From Balanoglossus misakiensis (taxonomy: Eukaryota > Animalia > Hemichordata): 64,000 nt of DNA. The position numbers and the translations under genes were made by a program. The notes beneath the pieces were generated by a model. The model worked only from the letters and a program-made list of their open reading frames with translations, made no database searches and had not been told where the DNA came from. Location of the stretch: contig CM082597.2 in assembly GCA_040954595.2 (NCBI GenBank), positions 4,841,244 through 4,905,243 of the forward strand, written 5' to 3'. Of the stretch, positions 13,501 to 27,200 are shown piece by piece. The stretch's first letter is position 1, and each line of letters opens with the position of its first letter.

Positions 13501-16500
13501 AGAATCTGCGAAGGTTGCGAGAGAAAGTGATAAGTGACCGACACTTTGAAATATCTCACCTCTGCCGTGTCAGGGACCCTTTTGGGAGCCGATGGATTAC
13601 ATGCAGGTCGAGTGTGTCAACACCCCTTGCAAGAGTTAAACCAGAAGAAATGCAATAGTTCACTACACACTGTAGCGTTTTTTCCTCGTTAAGAGTACTA
13701 ACGCAACCGAAGCTGTTCCGTTGTTGATTTCGCACGGAAATGAATACGGTATGATAATGGAGATTTATGTCTCACCATTAAAAATTGCTGAGGGGCGGCT
13801 CTTCAAAACACAAAAGCGAAAAGGAGCTAAAATTCCTAGAAATGGCGAATCTGGCAAACAGAGTATTTAACAAGACAGTTTGAACTGACAATCATTACAA
13901 TATATTATCAGACTGATGAAAGAGAAAAAATCCACATTAGGAACATGGCGTCTTTCAAAGAGGTGCGTTTTTAATTCGTGTTTCAAATTGTGTTCGAGTA
14001 TGGAAATTGCCACAATCTACAAAATATATAATTTTCAGTAGCATAGCTCCCCTACTTTGAATGGTTTTTCGAGTTTTAATTCCGTCATGAATAAATTTAT
14101 ACATTGTGTATTTTCATCTGTTGTCTGAATGCGCCTTTCCCTATCTGTCTGTCTCTCGGTAACACACTTTGATAAAATCGCGCTACTGTACAGTGGGTCG
14201 TTGTATCGCATATCTGCTATAAATTAGATATGGGTGCTCAGTCCATTGCATTAGTTCTTGGTGACATTTTGTTTGACGCCAAGTTTAAAGTCAATATCAA
14301 TAATGGCGGAATCATTTACTAGAATCCACTGCCCTGAGGGATTATGCCCTTTACTTCATCATGTGTTGACAACTTTACTTACAGTGCATGTCTTCATGAT
14401 GCATTCCGATTTCAAAATGAAATCAAATGGCGTTATATTTCACTGAAATAATTAAACTGGTGACAGTGTGCTGTAGTCGCAATGCAAATGTGATTAAAAC
14501 GTCGATAAAAAAAGGCATTTAATAAAACGCAACGCGGCTGCAAAAATAAGGATTAGGCTGTTTTTGTCATTTAATTTGAAAGGTCCATTTCCGTGACAGT
14601 ATAAAATGACAGGGATCACCACTTAACGGCGTACTTATTGAATTAGACCAAACATCATGGCAGACCATGGCCGCTTCATAATGGTAAATGTGGGCGTGGA
14701 TCAAACTGACTGACATGTATATTGTATATTCGGTCATTGTGGCGAAGCTGCAAACTGATTTTGACCGAAAACGCTGTGAAAAAACAATAATGCCATACGC
14801 ACATCTGAAAGTAAAAGAATGACCGTGTAATCCTTCAGGTCAGAGAATTATTAGATGTATCCTAAAGCAAGTGGCTTTAGTATTCCCAATCACGGAAATC
14901 AGTTCCCATTCCGTGAGAAGCCCTTCCACTAAACCGACTTGATTGCTAATTGCTCGTTAAAGCAGTCATTGTAACTGCCTTCAGTCAAAATAGCAAACTT
15001 TCAGCAATTTCTTTCTCATAGTTTAACTGTGACGTTACCTCAAGCAACAAGATTTTCGGCAAATTGTTCTTATCACGTTTCTCTTTATCCTTTTCAGCTT
15101 GTTGTCTCTTTTACATGGTGCTGGTAATGGATCTCCACATAGTAATATATGTAAATGAACCCAGGTTTACTAGATATATATGTGAGACGTCTCTTACAAA
15201 GTGCTGGTGGCAACCCATCTCTGTTCAGCCAAATGAGAAAGGCAGTAATAGGTCTTCTACTGATCAGTAGAATCTTCTGCAGCAGTCGCTGCATGTGTCA
15301 AGGTAACATTGGAAATCTATTTTACAACTACTCATTATTAGAAATAAAATGAATAACAGTTATCGAATGAACTCAAAGACTTAAGTTTGTTTTCACGAGA
15401 AATAGGACCATGATAAATGATGTTAATCATATTATACATTCCATTTGAGATGTAGATGACTGCACATTGATTTATTGCTGTAATTAGGATATTTATTTAT
15501 CAATTTGAAATCTATAAATCTTTACTAATGTTTGTAAAAACCGACAGCATAAAATGTTAATTGTTCCTGTATTTATTTTATATAATTTGAAAATGGGGAT
15601 GACAGTCCAGTTCCTGCATTTTACTTTACCATTTATCTTCTTAATTAAGTCTATTCTTTTGATTGTATCATAAATTATCAAGAGGACTTGAAAGTTTATG
15701 AGAAGCAGATTTCTGTCAAATCCAACAAGACGCCCGGGAAATGACAATAGATTGACAGAATGTTGGAAAGAAAACAGACAGGTCTGCCTCGGGCCTGCAC
15801 AGCTCAATGTGTCTTATTGTATCGTATGGCGACCTATTTTAATCTAGCTAAGCGATTACAAAAGAATATGGGAAGAAAATACAAGTTTGACATGGAGTTT
15901 TTCTGCATTTACACATACTTGGCAGCGTTACTGCTAGTCATTGTTGTTTATCCATCTTCTGACAAATCCCTGCTGGCCATGGAAGCAGTCAGCTCACAAT
16001 CTCAGCTTCGAATAATACACTGGGTGTGTTCGCCCCAAGTTGTGCGTACGCAACTGTAAGAAGCTTTACAAAAAAATCACTTCTTACCCGTCGGACACTG
16101 TATTTTTGAATTAATGGCAGTATCGTGAGGGCGAAGCCAACGTTTTTCTCAATTTAAAGTTGCTCTTGGGAAGAGGTACTGTAATTTTCGTAAATGTGAA
16201 TGACGGTCTGCGTCAGTCGACATACAGTTTAAAATATATAAACTATTGTACTTTAAGAGTTTGTGGGTCGTCTGACTGACAGACTCGGGCAAGCAAAAGT
16301 TTATATCCATTAGTACCATGGGTGAACTTTTTTCAAACTTAGCAAGCAGGGAGAGTAACAAGGAAATATAGTAGACAAACAAATAAAAGGCCAAACGTTA
16401 CAGATTATGGCCCTTTAACACGTGCTGATCTATTTTGGACTATGCTTGTTTACTTTTTGCTGACTCACATGTGGGAAATGCAATATTTCTCTCATGTTTG

Positions 16501-19500
16501 TGGTATATAGCTTGTAGTGGTGGACAGATATCCATATATACATAAGAAATATTGGACTTTTGTTTTTCTAACATTTTGCCAAGCATGACTGGACGAGCAG
16601 GTGTTCTATTTCAAATAGGGATTGCCCTGCATGCCTGATCTGAAATCTGTTGTGGAAATTGTTCAATTATAGATTGCACATTGTGCGCTCACGACCATAT
16701 GGGCTTCATTGTAACAAAATGAAAACCGTTAAAAGCAGATGTACAACTAATAAAAAAGAAACATGTTAGGTGACAACTGTGCGTGCCTACGAGACAAACA
16801 TTTTGAATGGCACGAGAACTTACAATATGTCAACAGAAAAAAGATGTGAGGAAAGAACAAATTCCCTTTAATTTGTTGAACGATCGGTTATTAAATCAAG
16901 CATCATGTTGAATGATAGCTGTAACAAAGATAGTTTCTGATATACGTCTAAAATCTGTATCTATGGAATAATTAATTCTGAACTTAAAATGCGACTGTAA
17001 AATTTGGAAATAAGCAAATTAGCATGTGGAATGCCCGTCCTTGTTGTCATGTGACTAATTTACTAAGTAACTTGGTCGATTTTATGCTGTAAGACTCAAG
17101 ATATGTACATGTAATTTCGGTGAACCTGAGGTTAACACCCCCTAACACACACACAAGCAAGTCCTGTGCAGAATCAGCAGCTATCGTTATCCTTTCAGAA
17201 TGAAAGGTAGGTACATAAGAAAAAAAAACAAGCTGGACAGACTGAAATGTATGAAGTATAATCATCATGCATCATGGCATTCACCAAACCTGGTGTACAT
17301 ATGACTTGTGCAATTGCCCCCACTGTGCAAATTACCGATTACCCAGACGCTCTTTCACTGAAAGAAACCCTGGCACGAAATTACAATTTCGTAAGAGCTA
17401 GTTTACTGCGTTAACAGGGAGGACATAATAGCGCGCCGTGTTACCATCAACGTTTCTCTCTGAGCCTAACATGCCCCCAGTGTAAAAAGGACATCTGAAA
17501 GAAAAGACGAAAAACAGAATATAACGAGTTGTATTAACGCAGAAATGTGACATCGTGTTCAGTTTCAAACCACCCAAGCGTTTTTCAAAATGTCACCAAT
17601 TTGTCCTATTCGTTCGCCGCCTTACATCAGTAATACGTTGTTTTTTTAAAGGAGACATGTCTTGTAATTGCCAGACTTCCTTTGAAATTTCTGTGATACT
17701 AGTATGCTGAATGTCTCACAAAACCTAACATGTTCTCATCCAGCCCATACAATGGACACGAGAAGGCGCAATTTGAACGCTGAATCCCTCGCGGGGTACT
17801 TGTATTAACCAGGTTCGCTGGACGTGATGTGAAGCACGTATGGATTGAGGCGATTGTGAACCTTCCGGTTGTGAGCGGATCAAGGGATGTTTTTGCTGCA
17901 AGTCTGACATGTTCAAGGAGTCCTTGCCTACGTTGATCAAAGCAACGAAGTTTGAATGCGAGAGTGTGATGCGTTATGCAGTACACTCATAAAGGAATAT
18001 TCGGAAACTTTGAGTAGAAGAGATTATGACATCATTTGTAAAGTACTCAATAAAATGAAAAAGCTTGGTTTGGTTAACATCCCGATCAACCATTCAACAC
18101 GGAAACCACTACAGATACCATCGCTCATTCATTGCAGGTTTTGCATATTTAGAAACTTTTAAGACGTCTCAAAACAGGAGCTTAACATTCATCTTTCTAT
18201 TTTTACAGCAAATTACTGACTTGGGAAGTGTTTTGCATGTCCTTTATGTGGCTTACTAGGCAAATCATGAATATGCGAAACTCCATGTAAATGAGTAGGT
18301 GTTAGCGTACTTTGGTTTGGGAGTGATCTTATATTGAGATAGTTTATCCAAAGGTTACGAACAACTTTGCATGTATCTATATCTAATTCCTGGTACACAT
18401 AACAAATTGTGTCCTTAAAAGTCCATGTGAACTATGTATAGTACAGAAAGAACCCACACATTACATCTCCTGATATGTTACAAGTATACTGAAAAATCAC
18501 GTCTAGACTAAAAAAATAATCACAATATTTTCACTGGAAGCCTTTTTGTCTGTTTGAAGTATTGAATGTGGCAAATAAATGGAGATTCATGAAAAACATA
18601 CATGGGGAAACCAATCAAGTCATATCGTTTAAAAGCCACGCTGTATTTGGAATTTGGAATACACGACTGTTTGACCTGCAAGCTACGAGAAGGAAGCAAA
18701 CCAAACTCTGGTGATAAAACACGGGTGTTGCGAGCTTTAAGGAAAAAACCTGTTGATTATAGAAGGAAAATCATTGTAAATTTCTCCAAGGAGCATCCAT
18801 TATTTTGGAACTGACTGATTAGAGACACTCTTCTTACTTATGGCCCTACTTTGTTGTTATCAGTGTATTTCACACGCAGACGTTATACACTAACTTCCGT
18901 GGGTTCTTTTTCTTTGGTGAAAAGCGTGAAGGTTTCGCATGCCCACACAAGACCGCTTTTCCCAGCCGATGATTTCCCGGCGGACCGGTCCAATCGATAC
19001 TGATTCGAATGCGGGGACGTCGAATTACAAGGCCTGACATCCGGAGTACAGACCTCGGAGGGATCGCGAACCCACTCAAAAGATGGTGATATTTGTACGG
19101 GAGGCTCGTTAGATCGGAGTTAGTTTACACAGATGCGGATTTTCCACTAATTTGGTAATAATATTACCTTTCCGAGCCATCTCCTGTTCAGCTGCTCTGG
19201 TTCTAATCTAACTGATTGCGCCCAACGATGCCTCAGTTATCTGCGTTCAAACAAAGTTGTGTTTACCACGTCGCAAGTGATTCGCTATGAAATTTCACCA
19301 TCATTTTGATAGATATTTGCTCTGTTCAAGTTTATGTTTGTTAACCATTATCTCATATTTGTATAATCTGAACAATCGAGATATCTTGACATGTTTAAAA
19401 GTAAGATTCCAATCAATGTAATGGACCGATGCATTTTAGCTGACAGCGTGACTTGTGAGGAAGAAAGGTTGCCATCATACTTGACTGACTCAGTGGGCTG

Positions 19501-22500
19501 TCATGGAGATATATGTACAGATACTATAAATGAAAGAAATATGTATATAATCCAAACGGATCTCTAAAATCTACTTGAGAAGGGTTCAACTGTGACACGT
19601 ATGGTCAACATAGACAGAAAGAGTCCATTTACACTTCTGTGCGAGTTAGATTTTTATCATACCGTCTCCGCTGAATTGAAAATCTACAAGAAGTGTGTAC
19701 CACACCATGTCTGTCGAATGTTATCGCGATCAAACCAACCACAAACTCCCAAGATGGCTGTCTGTTCTTGGAAAACGCTATAGACTCGGGAATATTAAGA
19801 TGCAGACTATGCCCACGCTTGCTTCCATAGCATTGTGATAAAGTAGTTACTCTGAATTGGGCTATATATTACAAATGGCAGCTTAAACGTTATCTGATGA
19901 AATGTCATATTTTTGCAACAGTTTCATCTTTTTTCCAGTTGGTATGTCTATCTAAATAAAACTTTACTATTTGTTTCCTTGTAACTTACAAATGAGCCAG
20001 AAAAAAATGCTTTGAAATCGAAATTCCGTGTCTATCCGGAGGTGAAAACGTCCTTCATAGCAGGAATCCAGGTCGCTCACAGCAGTATACAGTGTAAGCT
20101 ACCGGGCTTTACTATTTTCGTGCTGAACACATTGTTGATTCCGTCAGGAGGAAGTACTTAGTCAAAAATAAAGATGCCTATAAAATGTGACTTAGCAAGC
20201 TGATTCGGGTTTCTGCCGTTTATAGAAATCATTCTATACTTGTGTGTTTTTCGCATGTATGTGAGTCACACTCTATTTAACATCAAAAAGTACGGTACTC
20301 CTACGCAAAGTACAACGGGAATTTATACGTTTTCACACATTGCAAAAAAGTGCCAGGCAACCCCCTAAGTAATCATGAGCGCTTGTCTCGCTTACTTGGA
20401 AAGTTTCAAACCTTCTCAGCTATTAACTTACAATTTACCGGAAACTTGACAGAATTCCGAGAAGAATTGTGGTGAACGAAGATATTGCCTGTTTTGACAG
20501 TCATCAAGCATTCAAATTCTGTGCACACTATCTGACCCGACAAAGCATTTTCACACAACTCAAGATTTTAATGACCTGCTTTGTATTAGCAGACACAGCT
20601 GACCAACTGTGTATAATCAGGCGCATAAGCCGTAAAATGGACAATTGCAAGAAATTTGCCCGTGTTTGTGCACAATAGCATAATCCGACAAAACGTTTCT
20701 CACAGATTGGATTAAGTGTCGCAGTTTTCAGGAAATGGCAGCTTTTTTCACAAGTATCCATCAGGTAATTTGTGCTTTCAAAAGAGTCATATGGGAGTGC
20801 CATATGACACAATAATTGAATCACCAAATCAAGCCCTTCTCCCCTCCCTGTTTATCACTATCTTGTGAGCAGACTGAGTGATATTTTGGCAACATGTTTT
20901 AAATGTTGATCCAAAGCACGAACATTTCTGGAAAAAAGTAATACTGATTCCCTTAGTGAGAAAATAACGTTCGCCATCGCATTCAAGATGGCGCTCGTTT
21001 GGTGGACATTTTCCAACATGGCCGCTAAGCAAGTCTAAATTTATTCACTGTAAACACACACTCAAAAGCGTGTTGTTTGCCTTTGTCACGGTATAGAAGG
21101 CAGATGTTGTTGCCGTTTGATGTATGACGAATGTTATCTCTTGTGTATATCCTTAAATGCAACCAAAAACATTGAGGCGATATATCATAAAACGTCCAGG
21201 AAATGAGCTCCAATGACCACTGCCCACAGACAGAATTGAATTTCCACTTTCCATATTATCACTATGGAAACATTTCCTGCTATTGTATCATTAAAGCAAA
21301 TACAGCAAAACAAAGGAAAATACATCCGCTCTATTCTCTGTAATCCCTAATACATTTTATCAACTTTATCAACCCTAGAAAACTGCAACAATCCCTTCAC
21401 TAACGAAGAGTAGCATTCGGAGCAGTTTCTTATGAAAAAAGCCAACGGTCGATACAGTTCTTCTGTGCAGCTCAATCCGTTATCATTAAAAGATGTATAC
21501 TAAGTTTACCATGACCATTTTCATCACGTATGTGATACTTATCATACCCCTCGCTTGTCACATTTCGTCTGGATCAATTCCCACTTCAAACTCGTCACTG
21601 TCGCAGTTATTAGAAAGAAATCGTTTATTTCATAAAGGGTATAAAATCAGCTTAGACAACAATAGGCATACTAAACTCGCCAGACACCCTAGATATTGCA
21701 TCACGCCGGAAATTTAGAATTGTCTATTTCCATTGCAGAATATAATTTGGCTTTGATCGCCAAGGGCGTATTAAATCCATACAAGTCTGTGAAAGAAACA
21801 GGATGTTCAGATATTGAAATCCGTGGGGCTAGAAGAAAGCAATTTGCGTGGTCTTACCCCCATTTAGAAAGAAATAAAATACATGGAAACCTGCTGATGC
21901 ATTAATCGCCCCTTGCTTTGGAAAACGCTTGATAATGTATGCCACATTTAGCGCTATGTTTTAATATGTCAGTCGGGTAATTTAGAGGCAATACTTGCTT
22001 TGGGGCATCGCTTTCAAATCTGTGGAAGGATATAAAAGGTTTTTAGTCTCAACAGGAGTCTGCTGCTTCATTAGTGTGACCGACATTGCTAAAATAGTGT
22101 CAACATGACATTGAAAAAAGCTCCATTAAGGCAGAATATTGCCAGGTGTACGACAATATTACCCAATGAGATATAATGACCAGCTAGGTCTGCAATATAA
22201 TACTGAAAGTAATACACTCATATCATGGTCTGCAAACTAATACTGTATAGATGTGAAAGCTATAGTTCACTCATATCATTACCAGAACAAACGTTACAAT
22301 GTCTTAATCGCACCAAAGTTTAAATTTTGGCCGGGTGAATAAAACCTGGTTCTGGTAGATGTACTTGCTAGCAAGATCAACAGACTAACATAAAATTTCA
22401 GTATAGGCTATAGATTGTACCTTAAATTTTCAGTGTACAACTGCAAAATACTAGATTGAAGATACGAAAATGTTAAGGATTGAGCCTCCGTGATGTTGGC

Positions 22501-24186
22501 TTTGACGCAAGTGTTCTGATTCAGTTCATCGAATTACATGCGCAGGTTCAACGTGATAGATGTATATTCCGATAACCATGACCAGTTTCATCTCTCATAT
22601 GACATTTGTCATAGACTTCCCTTCCTCATATATTGCCTGAATCTAAATTCCAACTTCAAAATCGTGAGATATTCTGTAGTGATACTGATATCAGAAGCGA
22701 ATGGTTTGCAAGTCACACAAAATGACAGGTAACATACTCCAGGCAATTCGTATCCCATGGGTTAGAAGTTTCCACGCACCGGAAATGTAAAATTTTCTAA
22801 CTTTGCTACGGAATATAGTTGCCTTTGATTGCCATAGGCAAATGCAGCTATATACAATTCTATGGGTAAACAGGATGTTTACGTGTCGCAATTCTTGGCA
22901 AACAAGTCAGGTACGTACAAATGCAGTGCACAGAAACACCATTCGTGACGTCGTGCAACGCCTTAAAAAGGCAACACTATTCTATAGCACTAATGATTCT
23001 AACATGGTTCCCTAACTTGAGAACATTCACTCATAGACCTTTTCATGGCAATTCCATGGCGCACTTCAACAGCCATTTTAAACTGTGTATGCATGCTGCT
23101 TAAACATGAATAAAGAGGTATGTACACCAGTGAGGCAGTTTGTCATACCTCTATTACACCATAAATGTTCACGTGACGACATTTTGAGGCATATTGTATT
23201 GATCACAGCATAGAGTCACCCACCACAAATTAAAAGTAGTCGAGAACAAAATACAAGCATTACACAAAATTGTGCATCAGTCATCCAGTACATGAACGCG
23301 TTAGCCATATTAGTCTGGTGTGTTGTAAAAAACGGAAATGTATTGTACGATTGTACGGGGCCTGTTGGATAGGATTTCATTTAACCTAACTTAGCTTGAG
23401 ATAGCAGGTGTTTAATGATGGTAATTAAGTCACACTTCAAAGGAGATTTAAATTGATCACTCTACTTCTTAGATAAATAAACACTGGCGATATATATGGC
23501 TAATTGCAGTTAAACGAAATGGCAGTTACTTCATGACCTGCATACAGTACACTGTTTTCTCCCCATTCTTTGGAAAAAATGTCGCAGCAAGCTGCTCTGC
23601 TGGACTTTTCTGACAAAATTCTACGTGATGAAAATTCTGGAGAGATCTGTATTTCTAATCACGGATATACAAAGCGTCGCAGTGCAGTGTTCACGTAAAT
23701 AGAGATTGTTTGGGTTTGAATTCTAGGATAGAAACCAGGAATGGTGGTGTCGTGTCTACACATGTTGGAAATACAGTGTAATTGACAGGAAACTCAGACC
23801 ACATGGTAGCGACCTGGGGAGGAACCTGTTGCATGATTGGTCAAATAAAGTGTCATCAATACCAGCTATTTATACTTTAACCATGGTTTATTGTATTGCT
23901 GGACGAGTGTATATAATGTATACATTCCTCTGTATGTATGTGTACAATTATCTTCCTTTACCTGTTTTCCATGAAATACGCTATCCTATAATTTGTGCAC
24001 CAGTTTTTTTATATACAGTTGCAAAACTTCATGCATTTCAACCTTAAAATGCTATAATGATGAAGGCTATGTTGAATGGCGATGTGGACAAATTGGAATG
24101 GGTGGTATGATGGCAATGATAATGACGCGTGGTGGAGCCAGTTGTAGTAGCAAGAGTAGTAATATAATTTCATGTCCGGTTATATA

Positions 24187-24295
24187 AGATCAAATTCCCC
24201 TTCCTCGAAGCACAGGCTCTTGGGCAATTACACTAAATACCAAGCGTTCCCATTTGCCTGTGTTAACCCATGCCATTTGAAATGGAAATGACCCA
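24187..24295 (+). mobile_element. Possible highly decayed tRNA-derived SINE (CORE/Meta-like central domain)
   Basis: B-box-like agatcaaattcccc, followed by cttgggcaa..cact and aaccc...aaatgg, reminiscent of conserved SINE central domains. Heavily diverged. Confidence 0.25.
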
Positions 24296-27200
24296 TTTTA
24301 CGCTCAACATTCAAGCGACCTTTAATAAGAAGTGATAACAGAGGGATGGTTGTCATCGAAACCAAATGATTATTTATTGAGTAAATATATAGAATGCTTA
24401 CATTGAGAGAATGGATCGTATTAAATATTTAAGTCAAATCCTAATGTGGATTGTATACAGATTACCTCCCTTAAATACGTACGTACTTGGGATTAATTCA
24501 TACAGGTCTAAATGTCAGTGTAAAAGGACTCATCTTCAATGGAATGATTATAACTGAATTTTTGGTTCCGACAAGGTTTACAATTCTAATTTACTATCAA
24601 ATCGACATGTTATCGGCTACAATAATCGTTGAGTCTACAATGTTCTTTTGGCTCCCGTGAAATAAATACCATTCGGGATTTGTGTCTTATCTTCTAGTTT
24701 TGTGATGAGACGCATTTGAATAATATAACGCCATTTCTCTGTATGCTGCATGGCGGCAAACTCCGGTATTACACACAGTGATAATCTGAAAGGTGGGCTT
24801 GCCTATCTGTCCAAGAAAGACAGCCAACACAATGTCTATTCTGCGTATGAAGCTTACACAGTGTTTACTTCGAAGTGCTTCAGGCGAGCTTTACTAGAAA
24901 ATCGCGGCACCAGTGAAATGATGACGCAAGCACGGATTTCTTAGCAGGAAATGACCAGGTTGCCCGAAGCCTACGACTTTTATTATATGCAGATACAGAT
25001 ACTATATTTTTCATGGCAGGGCATGGAGACTGATGTATGACTACCCGCATCTATGACATATTCCCATAAACCCCCTTTAAAATCAAAGGTTCATAAAAAC
25101 TCTGAATAAGTTCACACAGCTTACATGAAAATTGTACATGTAAGGGTCGACGTCTTGTATAAGGGTATAAAACAGACATATTTTACTCCATTTTAAATGA
25201 AATAGGAGTTTTTATTCCGGATACTAGTAATCGAGGCCTACAGGTCTGTTTTATTGGGCATTTTTGTACAATAATAATGTTTTCAATAGAAAGTAATTGA
25301 TATGGTTTGCGTAGAAAAAGACCGGGTGTGTGGATTGTTCTGAACGTGTCTGTCAAGCGATTAATACCGCTGCTGTTACAATGGCATCATGCGGTCAGGG
25401 GGATCGCTTTGCGTCAAAGCATCTCTACGAATACATTAACTGAAGTGACGAATTGTCGACCCGTTCACCTTGGTGGCGAACTATCAATGCGCTCCACCCT
25501 GGAGCCGGTGTTAATTGGACCTGCTACGCATTGTTGAACTGAAGGACGGCAATCAGGCGGTTTAATAGGCAGTTTAGGGTGGAAGCACCGAGAAGGGAAA
25601 ACGTCACAGGGTGTCTGGGCGATGCATAATACATGAGCATGCAAATCAATGCATCGAAAACCCAGCAAGGAATCTTGCGGCACGCAAACTTTGGTGACAT
25701 CGCAACACAGCGTGAATTAGTGGTCGGAGAAGTAAATAAATTAAGATGGCACTGCATGCTACCTGCATAATTATTTTTCAAAGCCACATTTAACATTGAA
25801 GACAACCAAGTTCATATTTTCATCAAACTGAGAAGAAATTTATGTAGTTTAATGGCACAGTAGATTGTAATAATGTGGCATGAAAGGTTTTGTGTCCATA
25901 CGGGAAAAGCATTGACATTTAAAGGGGCAATTTTCAATCCCTGGTTCTCGCATTACCTCTTGTTGACATTGACTGTTTGTGTGGTGCAAACCTTTTGTTT
26001 TCCATGGAAATCTTTATCAAGTTAATATGTTTGCTTTTATAAAGCTGATAGGGAAGGGGCGCCTTTAACTGGGAACAAACTCTCACAGTCCAGTCGACGT
26101 CACACAGCAATTTGCGGTTCGGTTGAATAAGCTGTGTTCCCATATATCAAATAAAAACCTGTCCTATATGTGGAGTGAAAACTTGCCTATTACCGAGAAT
26201 TTAAGAGGAAACTATTTCCTTAAAGCAAGATTTTGATATGCTCACAAATCCTACGCACGTACAGTATTGGACTTCATCCGGAAGCGACAAATTCATCACC
26301 GTCATCGTCGTCAAATTTAAGCACAACCGATTTAGGAAAACCATGGACATAACTGTATGGGCACTGGGGAGAAAAGAGCTCTTTTATATTGGTATCACTC
26401 TGGATTGGGCTGTGAAATCTGCTTTGAATGAGGCTTCGAGCGTGGGCTGGCGAAGCCCCAGACTTAGTCGCAGGTGGCTTGTTGGATTTTCAATGACTCT
26501 AGCCGGCAACTTACAGTTGTAACAGAGCAGCGTTTTCACTTGCAGAACAGTCCTTTTGGTGGCCAATCGATATATTGTGCAACTGCACACAGATGTTTTG
26601 CTAATAGCATGTTTTGGCTTGATGACTTCTGTGAGGAGCCTCTCTATTGAACAGTTCGATGAAAAGATCTTTTGCATTTTTCTTAATAACCTCCTGCGTT
26701 CGCATCAATGGCGGGTTAGTGGCTGGACACGCCGGATCTGTAAGACCCCGACTCACGCTACAATGATGCCGTATTAACAGTGCCTACAAAAAACGTTCAA
26801 AATGGTTGAGTCAATTTATCAACACTCTCCGTGGACAGCCCTGGCTTGGGGGCAACAATCGCTTTTAAACGAGATTTCACAAATCGGTAGCACCTTTTTT
26901 GTGCGCTGCACTGAACACCCAGAGATGCTATCTCCCAACTGGTTCAATTCGGTTAGCGCAAACGTTTTGTGAAGGCCAACACTTCACACCGACAGCCTTA
27001 AGCATCATCGCATCTCTTTCCCCCACACTTCAAGAGCCGACACATAATTTTAGTATTGGCTACATTCCAAGGTATTCGTGTGAGCTGTATATGACTTAAG
27101 GGCGAAAATAACATTCTGCAATCTGCACGTTCCACCATGATTTTGCATATGTTATAAGTACTTATAAATAGTGACCTCCTAACACATTGTAAGGTGTACT

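Noticed and set aside
26384-26677. BEL/Pao retrotransposon fragment (TKRTVLQ, LCYNC)
   Set aside because: Only isolated short motifs; the expected continuation (FDPLG or a full CCHC knuckle) is absent.
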